The position numbers and the translations under genes were made by a program. The notes below the pieces were generated by a model, which did no database searches, was not told the origin of the DNA, and worked only from the letters and a program-made list of their open reading frames with translations. Below are positions 35,016-44,952 of a stretch of 64,000 bases of DNA, one piece after another. Every line of letters begins with the position of its first letter. Within the stretch, counting starts at the first letter, position 1. Origin of the DNA: Candidatus Eiseniibacteriota bacterium (lineage in GTDB: Bacteria; Eisenbacteria; RBG-16-71-46; CAVPCR01); contig CAWGMA010000001.1 in NCBI GenBank assembly GCA_963823555.1, positions 2,144,001 to 2,208,000 of the forward strand. Reading direction: 5' to 3'.

Positions 35016-35844
35016 ATGCGACTCTGGCTTGCGTTGATCGTCGCCCTCTGTCTGACCCCGGCTCTGGCTCTCGCCGAGCTCGATGACGCCGGAAACATCA
35101 TCTACGACCCCGGCCAGAATCCGGTCGAGCCTGGGGACGCCCCGGGGGATCCCTGCGGTCAGTGCCAGACTCCGGGCACCGGTCAGAAGGGCGTCACCTT
35201 CAAGGGCGGCGACCTCTGGACCATCGACAGCGCCGGTCTCCTCTCCCACTACGTCAACTGCGTGATCGTCGAGCAGCAGGGCACGCAGACCGGGGCCTCG
35301 ACCTTCGGTCTCGGCTACGACTCGAACCGGAACCTGTGGGTGATCACGAGCCCGTCGCACCGATCGCGTCTACCAGGTCGATATGGGAGGGGGGCTCGTC
35401 AACTCCTGGCCCACGCCGGGATCGGGACCGGTGGGCGCCGCCTACGACCCGAGCCGTGATCTCTACTGGATCACGGACTTCAGCACCTCCCAGATCTACT
35501 CCATCAACCCGAACACCGGGCTTCCCGGTCCGGCCATCAATGTTCCTGCCGGCTCGCGCCTTGCCGGCACCGGCTACAACGCCGGTGGGGACATCCTCTT
35601 CTATCACGGGCGCAACGAGGCCATGAGCTACTGCATCTCGGCCTCGAACGGGCAGCTCCTGTTCTCCTTCCCCATTCCCGCTGGCGGGGGAAACAACGGG
35701 CAGGGAGCGGGCTGCGCGCCCGGCACCGGCAACGGCTGGCTCACCCACTACGAGCAGCCGTTCGTCTACTGCGTCGAGAGCTGCGGCGGCGCGACCCCGG
35801 TCGAGGCCTCGACCTGGGGCACGATCAAGTCGCTCTACGACTGA
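35016..35844 (+). CDS. Secreted beta-propeller-like protein with C-terminal TWGTIK motif, one frameshift near 35358
   Basis: Signal peptide MRLWLALIVALCLTPALALA, repeated G..YD.....W units, C-terminus TPVEASTWGTIKSLYD, AGGAGG RBS. Confidence 0.78.
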
Positions 35845-35867
35845 GGGGACTGACGGGGAGAGCACGG

Positions 35868-35895
35868 CGGGCCGGGCTCGGACGAGCCCGGCCCG
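35868..35895. terminator. Intrinsic terminator-like hairpin
   Basis: CGGGCCGGGCTCG-ga-CGAGCCCGGCCCG inverted repeat followed by TTCCTCTT, between convergent genes. Confidence 0.6.
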
Positions 35896-35932
35896 TTCCT
35901 CTTGCTCCCGATCTGTCGCCGTGATCGAGCAG

Positions 35933-37003
35933 CTACGCCGCCTTCCGCTCCGGGCCGGCCTCCATCGCGCCGCCCAGGCGCTCAGGCGGAACCACCAGTC
36001 CATCCGGAGGGATCGACGCCGCACGCAGCGCCGACTCGATCTCGCCGGCATGTCGCGTGAACGCCTCGACCATCGCCGGGTCGAGCTGGGTGCCGGCCGC
36101 CGCGGCGAGCACGGCCAGGGCCGCCTCCAGCCCACGATCGCCGCGGTGGCTCCGCCGGCTCACGACGGCATCGAAGGTATCGGCGACGGCGATGATGCGC
36201 GCGACGAGAGGGATCGCGTCGCCAGCGATCCGATCCGGATAGCCGGCGCCGTCGAAGCGCTCGTGATGATGGCGCACGCCGCGGCGGGCGCCAGCCAGCC
36301 AGCGGATCGGCCCCAGCATCTCGTCCCCGCGCACCGGGTGCTCCTGCATCACGAGATGCTCCGCGGCAGTCAGCTTGCCGGGCTTCTTCAAGATACGGTC
36401 GGGAACCCCGATCTTCCCGATGTCGTGCAGGAGCGACGCCCAGTAGAGGTCGCGGCGGGTCATGGCGTCGAGCCCGAGCGCCTGCCCGAGCTGGATGGAA
36501 GCGAGATGGACTCGCTCGGAATGGCCGCGCGTGAACGGGTCCCTGGCATCGACGGCGGCGATCAAGCTACGCATGGTGGCATCGAGGATCCCGCCCGATT
36601 GCTCGGGCGCCGGCTCCACCATGTCCCCCGCGGCCGCAGCCAGGGCCAGCAGGCGCTCGAGCAGAGCGTGGAAGCCGGCGATGCGCCGCGCGGGAGCAAT
36701 GGCGAGAAAACGTCCCTGTGCGACCACGCGCAGCACCTGTCCATGCGGGCAGAGATGCGATTCGTCGCGCGCCAGTGCGGGCCGCGTCTCGGCGTGACAG
36801 CGCACGTGGACGGCAGGTGTCTCGCCGCGACAGCGCTGGCAGGCGGGAGCCACCGCCATGCTCAAGCTGCCCTCACGGGCGACATGCCGCTCGATCCCGG
36901 CTCCGGCGCACTCCGCGGCCTGGCGGAGAAGGTCACCGAGGGGATCGAGGGCTGGTGAAGAGGATGGGCCCGGGACCAGGGCCAGGGGGACTCTCGCCGA
37001 CAT
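35933..37003 (-). CDS. HD-GYP domain phosphodiesterase
   Basis: D..T.GHSERV, LLHDIGKIG, HHERFDGAGYP and ARIIAVADTFDA. Start position uncertain. Confidence 0.85.
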   Translation of the reverse strand: MSARVPLALVPGPSSSPALDPLGDLLRQAAECAGAGIERHVAREGSLSMAVAPACQRCRGETPAVHVRCHAETRPALARDESHLCPHGQVLRVVAQGRFLAIAPARRIAGFHALLERLLALAAAAGDMVEPAPEQSGGILDATMRSLIAAVDARDPFTRGHSERVHLASIQLGQALGLDAMTRRDLYWASLLHDIGKIGVPDRILKKPGKLTAAEHLVMQEHPVRGDEMLGPIRWLAGARRGVRHHHERFDGAGYPDRIAGDAIPLVARIIAVADTFDAVVSRRSHRGDRGLEAALAVLAAAAGTQLDPAMVEAFTRHAGEIESALRAASIPPDGLVVPPERLGGAMEAGPERKAA

Positions 37004-37299
37004 GGACCTCCTTCAGACCGACCGGGCTCGAGATCGCATCGAGCCCGACCGGGCCGTGCAGAGTGCAACCCGGTCTTGCAAGCCGCCCGCGGTCGGACCG
37101 CCGCAAACGGGATAGCCACGGCCTGCTGCCAGAATGGACCGGGGGTATGCACAGCCTGTGCCGTCGGGTCGGGGTACGGGATCGGAGCGCAGACCTCCCC
37201 TGTGGCCGCGGGCACCGACCGCGCCGCCGGCGCCCGGGTCCAGGCCGATCCGGCCGCCATGGCCCGTTCCGGCATGCGGTTTGCTTCGCTTGCCGCGAG

Positions 37300-37968
37300 A
37301 TGGATACCTCACCGAACCGGCGCCGCCCTCGCGCCTTCTTGCAGAACCGCCGGGCACAGGTCCTGCAGGCCTTCCTGATTGTCACCTATCTGGTCGTCTA
37401 CACCGCGGCGCTGTCGGCGGCGGCCATCGGCCCCACGGTCCTCGCGCTCCTGCGTCACCCGGCCAGCTTCGAGACGGCGCCTCACCGCGCGGTCGCCGCC
37501 GCCAACGAGCTCTTCTTCTTCGAGGAACGATTCTGGCCGATCGCCGTCGTCCTCATCGTGGTCTTCGGGCTGCACTCGATCTACATGTCGCACCGCGTCT
37601 ATGGTCCCCTCGTTCGCGTGCGAGCGGAGGCGGACCTGGTCGCCACCGGGGATCTGACGCGGCGCGTCGTATTCCGCCGCGGTGACCAGCTGAGCGACCT
37701 GCAGGACTCCATGAACGATATGATCGAAGCGATGGACTCCCGGGTTGCCGCGGCTCAGATCGCGGCCCGCGATTGCGAGGGCGGCCTGCGGCGACTTCAC
37801 GAAGCCCAGTTCACGGGGAGCCCCGCCGGCCGCCTCGCCGCTCATGAGCAGATGGTTGCCGAGTTCGAAGCGCTGAAGCGCCGGCTCGACGATTTCAAGA
37901 CCAGCGCCAACCCGGCCGGCGCTCGTGCAGAAGAGGGCGAGCCGCCCCAGGTGGCCATCGCCTCCTGA
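37300..37968 (+). CDS. Two-TM HAMP-domain membrane protein without catalytic domain
   Basis: Two hydrophobic helices, SHRVYGPL.R and GDLT...FRRGDQL.DL...MN.MI HAMP pattern, then a coiled coil. Confidence 0.7.
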   Translation: MDTSPNRRRPRAFLQNRRAQVLQAFLIVTYLVVYTAALSAAAIGPTVLALLRHPASFETAPHRAVAAANELFFFEERFWPIAVVLIVVFGLHSIYMSHRVYGPLVRVRAEADLVATGDLTRRVVFRRGDQLSDLQDSMNDMIEAMDSRVAAAQIAARDCEGGLRRLHEAQFTGSPAGRLAAHEQMVAEFEALKRRLDDFKTSANPAGARAEEGEPPQVAIAS

Positions 37969-37985
37969 GGGGGCGAGACAGGCGC

Positions 37986-38384
37986 ATGCACCACTCTCAC
38001 GCGGCCAAGACTCGTGCCGGGGTAGGCTTCGTCGAGCTGTCGATCGTGCTCGTGATCGTCGGCCTGCTCACCCTGGGCGGCATGGCGAAGGTGCGTGAGG
38101 CCAAGAAGAGCGCCTACCGCATTCGCGCCACCATTGCGCTCGAAGACGTGCATCGCATGGAAGTGCTGCATGCCGCGGTGCACAGCGGTTACACGGCTGA
38201 TTTCGCCGCGCTTCATTCCCTTGGACTGGCCAGCGAACTCGATCCGGTCTATCGATTCAGTCTCGTTTCACCGGATGCCAGTCAATTCACCTGCACGGCG
38301 GCCGCCAACCTCGATCGCGATGCGGCGATCGATTCCTTGATCGTGGACGAGAGCGGCGTTGTGGCGACGGTGGTCAAGGACTGA
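37986..38384 (+). CDS. Type IV pilin-like protein
   Basis: Class III signal-like G|VGFVELSIVLVIVGLL (Glu at +5), followed by a PilE-like body (Y..DF..L, Y.FS, F...A..NLD.D). Confidence 0.7.
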   Translation: MHHSHAAKTRAGVGFVELSIVLVIVGLLTLGGMAKVREAKKSAYRIRATIALEDVHRMEVLHAAVHSGYTADFAALHSLGLASELDPVYRFSLVSPDASQFTCTAAANLDRDAAIDSLIVDESGVVATVVKD

Positions 38385-38424
38385 AGCGCCTCCCCGCCGC
38401 TCCCGCGTGCAGTCACCGGAGCCG

Positions 38425-39195
38425 TCAATCGCTGAAGTTCGACTTGATGGCTCCCCACGTCGACGCTTCCACGGCGGCCGTCCCCTCCCCGGCGAGATCG
38501 CAGCCGTCCGGTGACCCATAGAGTCGCCCGTTGACCACAGCAGAGCACAGGCTCCAGACCTGGGTTCCGGTGAAGGTGGAAACGGTCCGGCGCACCAGGC
38601 CCAGTCCCGGGACCAGCGTCTCGGACAGCACCTGCGAATCAGCGCAGGGATGATCGTAGTAGTTCAACGTCACCGACCACGGATAGCTGCCCGCGGGCAC
38701 GGTGATGGGCATGGCGGCAGCGGTCACACAGCCCCGAACCCCGTGGACGCAATCCGCAGCCATCGCCGGAATCTCGAACTCGGCGCCAAGATTCTCGAGG
38801 AAACCCTCCTGACAGCAATACCATGCACCCGAGATCGGCTCGACCGGTCCCAGCTTCTGATGGGCATTGACGAGGCGAGGATTCACTTCGCAGGTCTTGC
38901 CGCAGCAGTCGGTGAAGAAGAACATCTCTGCGCCGTTCATCGGAAACATGTAGTTCTCGATTCGGCTCAGGCTGATCCCGCGATCCAGGAATGCCCCCGT
39001 GACGCGAACGGTCTGCGGCGTCCGGAAGCCTGGGTGCGGCGTCTCACAGACGTAGGTCCACTGGTTCCCATCCGTGAGCGGCATCATGCACGTGTGGGTG
39101 TCGTGCGCCCATGCCGCGGCGGAGACAAGAAGTGCCAGAAGGCAAACGGAGGCTGCGGTGATCGCAGCCGATGAATGATGCGCGGCCCTGCTCAT
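38425..39195 (-). CDS. Secreted Cys-rich protein with C-terminal TWGAIK motif
   Basis: Signal peptide ending AAWA, PL..GN.W.Y, ITVPAGSY and PGLGLV motifs, C-terminus AAVEASTWGAIKSNFSD. Confidence 0.75.
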   Translation of the reverse strand: MSRAAHHSSAAITAASVCLLALLVSAAAWAHDTHTCMMPLTDGNQWTYVCETPHPGFRTPQTVRVTGAFLDRGISLSRIENYMFPMNGAEMFFFTDCCGKTCEVNPRLVNAHQKLGPVEPISGAWYCCQEGFLENLGAEFEIPAMAADCVHGVRGCVTAAAMPITVPAGSYPWSVTLNYYDHPCADSQVLSETLVPGLGLVRRTVSTFTGTQVWSLCSAVVNGRLYGSPDGCDLAGEGTAAVEASTWGAIKSNFSD

Positions 39196-39548
39196 GATCG
39201 AACCCCCCGGGCTCTCCCTCGAGATGCGGCATCCGCCGGGTACGAGGGGAACCGATTGTCGCGCGGCTCCGTCGCGCGCGCCCGGCCGCCGGACAGGGGA
39301 ACGCAACCGCTCGGCCCCTCTCCGTTCCGGCGACTGCCCCGACTCCTGCTGTGCTGCGGCGGAGAAGACGCAGCCTTCTACCCCTAACAACGCAGCGGCG
39401 ACCGCCGGGGAACAGGCTTCCGCGGACCCTGCGGGCCGGCGGGGGGCCCTCGCCAGGCGCGCCCTGGTGGCGTAGACTCCGGGTCGTCCCTCGCCCGACC
39501 CCGAACGATTTCCAGGCGCCGCATTGGAACTAGGAGGGATTCACCGCC

Positions 39549-40739
39549 ATGGCATGCTCGCCTGTTCCGTTCCACCCGCCCGCGCGCCTGCTCATGGGCC
39601 CCGGGCCCTCGAATCTCCACCCCCGGGTGGTTGAAGCCCTGGCCTCCCCCCTCCTCGGCCACATGGACCCGCTCGTCCTCGGCCTTCTTGCCGAGGTGCA
39701 GGAACTGCTGCGAGGTGTTTTCGGCACGCGGAATCCACTCACGCTCGCGGTGTCGGGCACCGGATCGGCTGGCATCGAGGCTTGCCTCACGGGGCTCATC
39801 GAACCGGGCGACCCGGTCGTCGTCGAGGTCCACGGCTTCTTCGGCGGACGGCTGGCCGACATGGCGGCCCGGGCCGGCGCTGACGTGACGCGGGTGGAGG
39901 CACCATGGGGCCGCGCCGCCGATCTCGAAGCGCTCCGCCTGGCCGTCAAGAAATCGCCGCCCAGACTCATCGCGGTCGTCCACGCCGAGACCTCGACCGG
40001 CGTGCTTCAGCCCCTGGCCGACGTGGCGGCGATCGCCCGGGAGGCTGGCTCCGCTCTCTTCGTCGACTGCGTCACCTCGCTTGGCGGCATGCCCATCGAG
40101 GCCGAGGAGCTCGGCCTCGCCGCCGCCGCCTCTTGCTCGCAGAAGTGCCTGGGCGCACCGCCAGGGCTCGCCCCCATCACGATGAGCCCCGAAGCCGCCG
40201 CTCGTCTTCGCGACCGCGCGCAACCGCTTCCGTTCTACCTCGATCTGTCGCTCATTGCCCGCTACTGGAACGGCGATCACGCCTACCACCACACGCTCCC
40301 GGTCAACCTGATCTACGCGCTCCACGAGGCGCTGCTCCTGGCCGCAGAGGAGGGCGAGAGCGAGCGCCGCCGCCGTCACGAACGGCACGGCGCCGCGCTG
40401 GCTGCCGGGCTCGAGGATCTCGGTCTCACCATCCTCGCCGCCCCCGGCGACCGCCTGCCGATGCTCACCGCGGTCCGCATACCGGATGGGGTCGATGACG
40501 CGGCCGTGCGGCGCCGGCTGCTCGAGGACTTCAACCTCGAGATCGGAGGCGGGCTCGGAGAGCTCAAGGGCCGGGTCTGGCGTATCGGACTCATGGGCGA
40601 GACCAGCCGCATGAATCACGTGATCCTGCTGCTGGCGGCACTCGGACGCCTGCTCGGGCGCAGCCCGGAGAAGGTCGGGCAGGCCATCGACGCCGCCGGC
40701 GCCCGGGCCGAGGCTACGACCACCAGCGGAGCGCGATGA
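39549..40739 (+). CDS. Alanine-glyoxylate / serine-pyruvate aminotransferase (class V PLP)
   Basis: LLMGPGPS, SGTGSAG.E, VHAETSTG, DCVTSLGG, SQKCLGAPPG, YHHT.P and WRIGLMG. Confidence 0.92.
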   Translation: MACSPVPFHPPARLLMGPGPSNLHPRVVEALASPLLGHMDPLVLGLLAEVQELLRGVFGTRNPLTLAVSGTGSAGIEACLTGLIEPGDPVVVEVHGFFGGRLADMAARAGADVTRVEAPWGRAADLEALRLAVKKSPPRLIAVVHAETSTGVLQPLADVAAIAREAGSALFVDCVTSLGGMPIEAEELGLAAAASCSQKCLGAPPGLAPITMSPEAAARLRDRAQPLPFYLDLSLIARYWNGDHAYHHTLPVNLIYALHEALLLAAEEGESERRRRHERHGAALAAGLEDLGLTILAAPGDRLPMLTAVRIPDGVDDAAVRRRLLEDFNLEIGGGLGELKGRVWRIGLMGETSRMNHVILLLAALGRLLGRSPEKVGQAIDAAGARAEATTTSGAR

Positions 40740-42229
40740 CCCTCGCCGCCATCCGGGAACGGCTCGCGGCCTGCTTGAGCGCTCTGGCGAGCGAGCACCA
40801 TGCCGCCGCCTCCGGGCGGCGCGATAAGCCGCGTTTCAGCGCGATCTTCGATCGCTACGCCGATCTCGCGCGTCGAGAGCCCTTCGACCTCGTGAGCGAG
40901 CACCTGTCGGCAGCCACCGACGTCGACGACGAACGCCGCTTGCGTCATCTGCGGGAGGGCCTCGCCGTTCACGGCGAGGAGTTCCGCCTCCATGCGCTGG
41001 AGCAGCAGCTCGCCGCCCTCAGGGCCTCCTACCGGGTCCAGGTCGAAGGCGAACCGGTGGCCTACCGCGACCTGGAGGCGCGGCTGCATGCCAGCACGGA
41101 CCGCGGCCAGCGGCGGGCCATCCAGCGCGCGATCAACGCGGCGCTCGCCGGTCCGTTCCGTTCCTTGCATGTTGAACGCGCCCGGAGCGCACAGGCCATG
41201 GCCCGGGAGCACGGGTCCGCGAGCTACAGCGATTTCTGGCGCGAGATGTCGGGGATCGATCTCGCAGCGCTGGCGCGGCAGTTCGACCTCTTCTCCGCAC
41301 GCACGAGCGCCCGGATGGTCTCTCTCGTGACGAACGCGCTCCCGGCGGCAGCGGGCATCCCGATCGGCGAGGCGGAGAGCCACGACGCGATCCCGCTCTT
41401 GCGTGGGGCGCGGTTCGATCACGCCTTTCCACGAGGAGGGGCGCTGGCGCTGGCGCGGAGCATCGTCGAAGGCGGGCTGGGTCTCGACCTCATGGCCGGC
41501 GGTCGCATCCACATCGACGTCGAGCCCCGGCGCGGAGCGGGGCCGCTCTTCTTCACGGCGGCGGTCAGGGTACCGGATCACGTCATTCTGTATGGTGCTC
41601 CGGCTGCAGGCATCGAATCCTGGACTGCCCTCTTCCACGAGCTGGGACACGCGCTCCACCTCGCTCACATCGACCCGGATCGGCCCTTCGAGGATCGTCA
41701 CCTCGGCGACAGCTCGGTGAGCGAGGGCTTTGCCGCGCTCTGGGCGGGCATCCTCCACGAGCCCGCATTCGCCCGTCGTCATCTCCGCGACGAGGCGGAG
41801 GCCTATCTCGAGCAGGCCGCTCTGCGCGAGCTCTGGGTCATGCGCCGCTACGCCGCCAAACTGGCCTATGAGCTCGAACTGTGGAGCCCACCGCATGGTA
41901 TGATCAGGGACGCTGCGGCCCGCTACCAGGCGCGGCTCGAGGCGGCGACCCCCCTACCCGTGGACCAAGAACGCTGCTGGGCCGACCTCGGCCTCCGCTT
42001 CCAACCGGCACGCTATCTCCGCGGCTGGCTCCTGGCGGCCGAGCTCCGAGCCCGGCTCCGCGCCGACTTCGGAGAGTGCTGGTTCGAGAGCCGGCGAGCC
42101 GGGAGGCACCTGCGTGAGATCTGGTCCTACGGACAGCAGTGGAACGCGGAGGATCTGGCGCGCCAGCTCGGGGCCGATGGACTCGTGATCGAGCCCCTGC
42201 TGGCTGAAGTCGAGATCCTCGCTGGCTGA
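40736..42229 (+). CDS. M3-like zinc metallopeptidase
   Basis: LFHELGHALH (HExxH) and downstream SVSEGFA third ligand. ATGA overlap with the upstream gene. Confidence 0.75.
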   Translation: MTLAAIRERLAACLSALASEHHAAASGRRDKPRFSAIFDRYADLARREPFDLVSEHLSAATDVDDERRLRHLREGLAVHGEEFRLHALEQQLAALRASYRVQVEGEPVAYRDLEARLHASTDRGQRRAIQRAINAALAGPFRSLHVERARSAQAMAREHGSASYSDFWREMSGIDLAALARQFDLFSARTSARMVSLVTNALPAAAGIPIGEAESHDAIPLLRGARFDHAFPRGGALALARSIVEGGLGLDLMAGGRIHIDVEPRRGAGPLFFTAAVRVPDHVILYGAPAAGIESWTALFHELGHALHLAHIDPDRPFEDRHLGDSSVSEGFAALWAGILHEPAFARRHLRDEAEAYLEQAALRELWVMRRYAAKLAYELELWSPPHGMIRDAAARYQARLEAATPLPVDQERCWADLGLRFQPARYLRGWLLAAELRARLRADFGECWFESRRAGRHLREIWSYGQQWNAEDLARQLGADGLVIEPLLAEVEILAG

Positions 42230-42323
42230 ACCGTCTTGCGTCCGGCCCCGTAACTCAAGTGAATATTGACGCCTTGGCGCAGCAAATGACCCATCTGGAT
42301 CATCCTCGATGGAGGTTGCTACG

Positions 42324-42950
42324 ATGATGCAGTCCCGGATATCGACGCGGAAGCGGAACCCGCGCGGCGGCGGATGGCGGGCTCCGGCCGCAGCCGTTCT
42401 GGTCGCCGCGGCTCTCAGCCTTCTCGCCGCTCCCCCGTCGCCGCTGGTTGCGGCCGCGGCGGCCGAGCTCATCGACCTCGGCTCACCGATTCCGGTCGAA
42501 GTCCACTTCCTCTTCGATCCGCTCACCCTGGTCCGGATCCCGCCCGGAGCCTTCGGCTCCTACCCCGAGGGGACCCTGGCCGAGATCCAGGTCGACATGC
42601 CATCGTGCAACGGCCCCAATTGCATCAGCGGGCAAGGCTTGCTCGTGGCGTTCGACGGCCGCTACAGCGGGGACCTGGTCTCCCCCGTCACCATGCAGAT
42701 TCGCTACGACGAGGAGGCCGTGCGGCTCTTCGGGGTCACCGAGGAGGATCTCGTGATCGCCCGCTGGGACGAGCGCTTCCGGGACTGGCGGCCCTATGCC
42801 GGGCAGGAGATCGACCCCGAGAGAAACCTGATCTCCGCCCCCGAGACCGAGAACATCCGCGCCTTCGTGGCGGTCTTCGCGGGAAATCCCGCCCCGGTCG
42901 CGCCCCGGAGCTGGGGGGCGATCAAGGCTCTCTACGCGGTGGAGCCCTAG
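42324..42950 (+). CDS. Secreted protein with C-terminal SWGAIK motif
   Basis: Basic N-terminus plus hydrophobic signal, IPPGAF and I.Y.E......E.DL.IARWD....W pattern of small beta-sandwich domains, C-terminus APVAPRSWGAIKALYAVEP. Confidence 0.75.
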   Translation: MMQSRISTRKRNPRGGGWRAPAAAVLVAAALSLLAAPPSPLVAAAAAELIDLGSPIPVEVHFLFDPLTLVRIPPGAFGSYPEGTLAEIQVDMPSCNGPNCISGQGLLVAFDGRYSGDLVSPVTMQIRYDEEAVRLFGVTEEDLVIARWDERFRDWRPYAGQEIDPERNLISAPETENIRAFVAVFAGNPAPVAPRSWGAIKALYAVEP

Positions 42951-43032
42951 GCCCAGGGCACCGCTCTCAGCTCCGGGCGAGCACCCCGCAGCGGGGCCGT
43001 CCCAACCCGCAAAGCCTTTGTCAAGAAATCGG

Positions 43033-43063
43033 TTGACAGCGCTGGCCCGTGCTCCGTAAAACT
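43033..43063 (+). promoter_or_regulatory. Putative sigma70 promoter of the lipid cluster
   Basis: Perfect TTGACA at 43033-43038 and TAAAACT 18 nt downstream, about 165 nt upstream of the FAR start. Confidence 0.35.
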
Positions 43064-43228
43064 ACCTTCATCCTTGGCCCGACTCATCCTGACTGTGTGC
43101 GCGACCTCCCGGCTGGGCGGAGATGGATCGCCGCCTCCGGAAGAGCGCGCGGTGACATGGACCCATCTCGGTCGCCGGCGCGGCTCCCGAGCGAAAGGCC
43201 GCGGTGAGGCTCTTCGCCAACCCCCACC

Positions 43229-44914
43229 ATGGGTAGCATCGCCCACTTCCTCAGAGGCAAGGTCCTCTTGGTGACCGGAGCCACCGGCTTCCTGGCCGGG
43301 GGCCTCGTCGAGAAGATCCTGCGTGCCGCGCCGGGCGTCACCCGCATCTACCTTCTCATCCGCTCCAGCAAGCAAGGCACCGCCACCGAGCGGTTCGAGC
43401 GGGAGATCCTCAAGGCCAGTGTCTTTTCCCGTCTGCGCGAGGTCCATGGGGCCCACTTCGAGGAGTTCGCGCGCCAGAAGATGGTTCCCATCGCCGGGGA
43501 TCTGACTCACGACCGGATCGGACTCACAGACGACGACTACGCCCGCCTCACCCGTGAAGTCGACATCGTCATCAATAGCGCGGCGAGCGTCGTCTTCGAC
43601 GAGCAGCTCGATCAAGCACTCAACCTGAACACCCTGGGCCCAAGACGCCTCGTCGAGTTCGCCCGGAGCTGTCGCGACGCGATCTTGCTCCATGTCTCCA
43701 CGGCCTATGTCAACGGGCAGCGCATCGGACACGTCCCCGAACAGCTTCTGCCCGCCGATCGCTCGCTCGCGCAGATCATCGATCCCCGCTCCAAGGTCGA
43801 CTTCGACCTCGAGAGCGAGATCGAGTCGATCGCCGCCTTCGGCCGCAGGGCCTATGAAGATGCCATGCGTCCCGAGCTGGAGGCGGAATTCGAGCGGGTC
43901 GTGGAGCGCACGCATGCCGGACGGCCGCTCTCCGAGAGCAGACGCAAGCATCACATCGAAGCGCAACGCGGACGCTGGATCAAGAAGCGCCTTGTCGACG
44001 AGGGGATGCGACGAGCTCGCCGCCTCGGCTGGACGGACAGCTACACCTTCACCAAGGCGATGGGCGAGATGGTCGTGGCCAAGACTCGGGGGAACCTGCC
44101 CACCGCCATCGTCCGCCCCTCGATCATCGAGTCGAGCCTCGCCGAACCGGTGCCGGGCTGGCTCGACGGGCTCAAGGTGGCCGACCCGCTCATCATGCAT
44201 TACTCGAAGGGCCGTCTCCCGGACTTCCCGGCCGATCCCAACATCGTGCTCGATCTGATCCCGGTCGACATGGTGGCCAACGCGATCCTGGCTGCATTGC
44301 CCCGGATCCGCGAGAGCCGGGAGATCATGGTCTACCAGGTGGCCAGCGGCTCCGAGAACCCGTTGACGCTCGGTCAGATGTTCGATCTCATCTACGATCA
44401 CTTCCAGAAGCACCCGCAACAGAACCGCCAGGGCGAGGCGATCCGCGTGCAGCGCTGGACCTATCCCAGTCTCGAGCAGTTCCGGCGCTCATTCCGTCTC
44501 AAGTACGTGATGCCGGTGAGCGCGGCATCGTGGCTCATCACCCATTTCGCCGGGCTGCCCTGGACGCCCAGATTCAGGCAACGTGTCCTGCTCATGGCAG
44601 CCACTCTCGACCGGGTCCAGAGCTTGCTCCACATCTACAGCCCCTACATGCATCTCGATTTCCAGTTCGACACCAGCAACACGCGCCGGCTCTACGAGTC
44701 GCTCGATGCCGAGGACCAGGGGGCCTTCGACTTCGACGTGCGGGGTATCGACTGGCGTGAATACATCGAGGACATTCACCTGCCGACACTGATGCGCAAC
44801 TTCTCCAAGGAAGGAAACGGACAGCGGCCGGCCGGACCCCCGTCGACCAACGGCCCGCGGCAGTTGACCGGGCCATCGGCCGTGAGCAGCACCGGCGCCT
44901 CGCTGTCGACCTAG
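43229..44914 (+). CDS. Fatty acyl-CoA reductase (male-sterility type, alcohol-forming)
   Basis: VTGATGFL, NSAASV.FDE, HVSTAYVNG, GW.DSYTFTKAMGE (YxxxK), RPSIIES...P.PGW, DLIPVD.VAN and F.FD...IDW..Y. Confidence 0.9.
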   Translation: MGSIAHFLRGKVLLVTGATGFLAGGLVEKILRAAPGVTRIYLLIRSSKQGTATERFEREILKASVFSRLREVHGAHFEEFARQKMVPIAGDLTHDRIGLTDDDYARLTREVDIVINSAASVVFDEQLDQALNLNTLGPRRLVEFARSCRDAILLHVSTAYVNGQRIGHVPEQLLPADRSLAQIIDPRSKVDFDLESEIESIAAFGRRAYEDAMRPELEAEFERVVERTHAGRPLSESRRKHHIEAQRGRWIKKRLVDEGMRRARRLGWTDSYTFTKAMGEMVVAKTRGNLPTAIVRPSIIESSLAEPVPGWLDGLKVADPLIMHYSKGRLPDFPADPNIVLDLIPVDMVANAILAALPRIRESREIMVYQVASGSENPLTLGQMFDLIYDHFQKHPQQNRQGEAIRVQRWTYPSLEQFRRSFRLKYVMPVSAASWLITHFAGLPWTPRFRQRVLLMAATLDRVQSLLHIYSPYMHLDFQFDTSNTRRLYESLDAEDQGAFDFDVRGIDWREYIEDIHLPTLMRNFSKEGNGQRPAGPPSTNGPRQLTGPSAVSSTGASLST

Positions 44915-44952
44915 CGGCCCCGAAACCCGCCGCATGGCGGCAGGGCGGTTCC

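Noticed and set aside
39549..42229. Aminotransferase plus M3-like peptidase overlap as a special system
   Set aside because: Both look like ordinary peptide and amino-acid catabolic enzymes, with no further supporting context.
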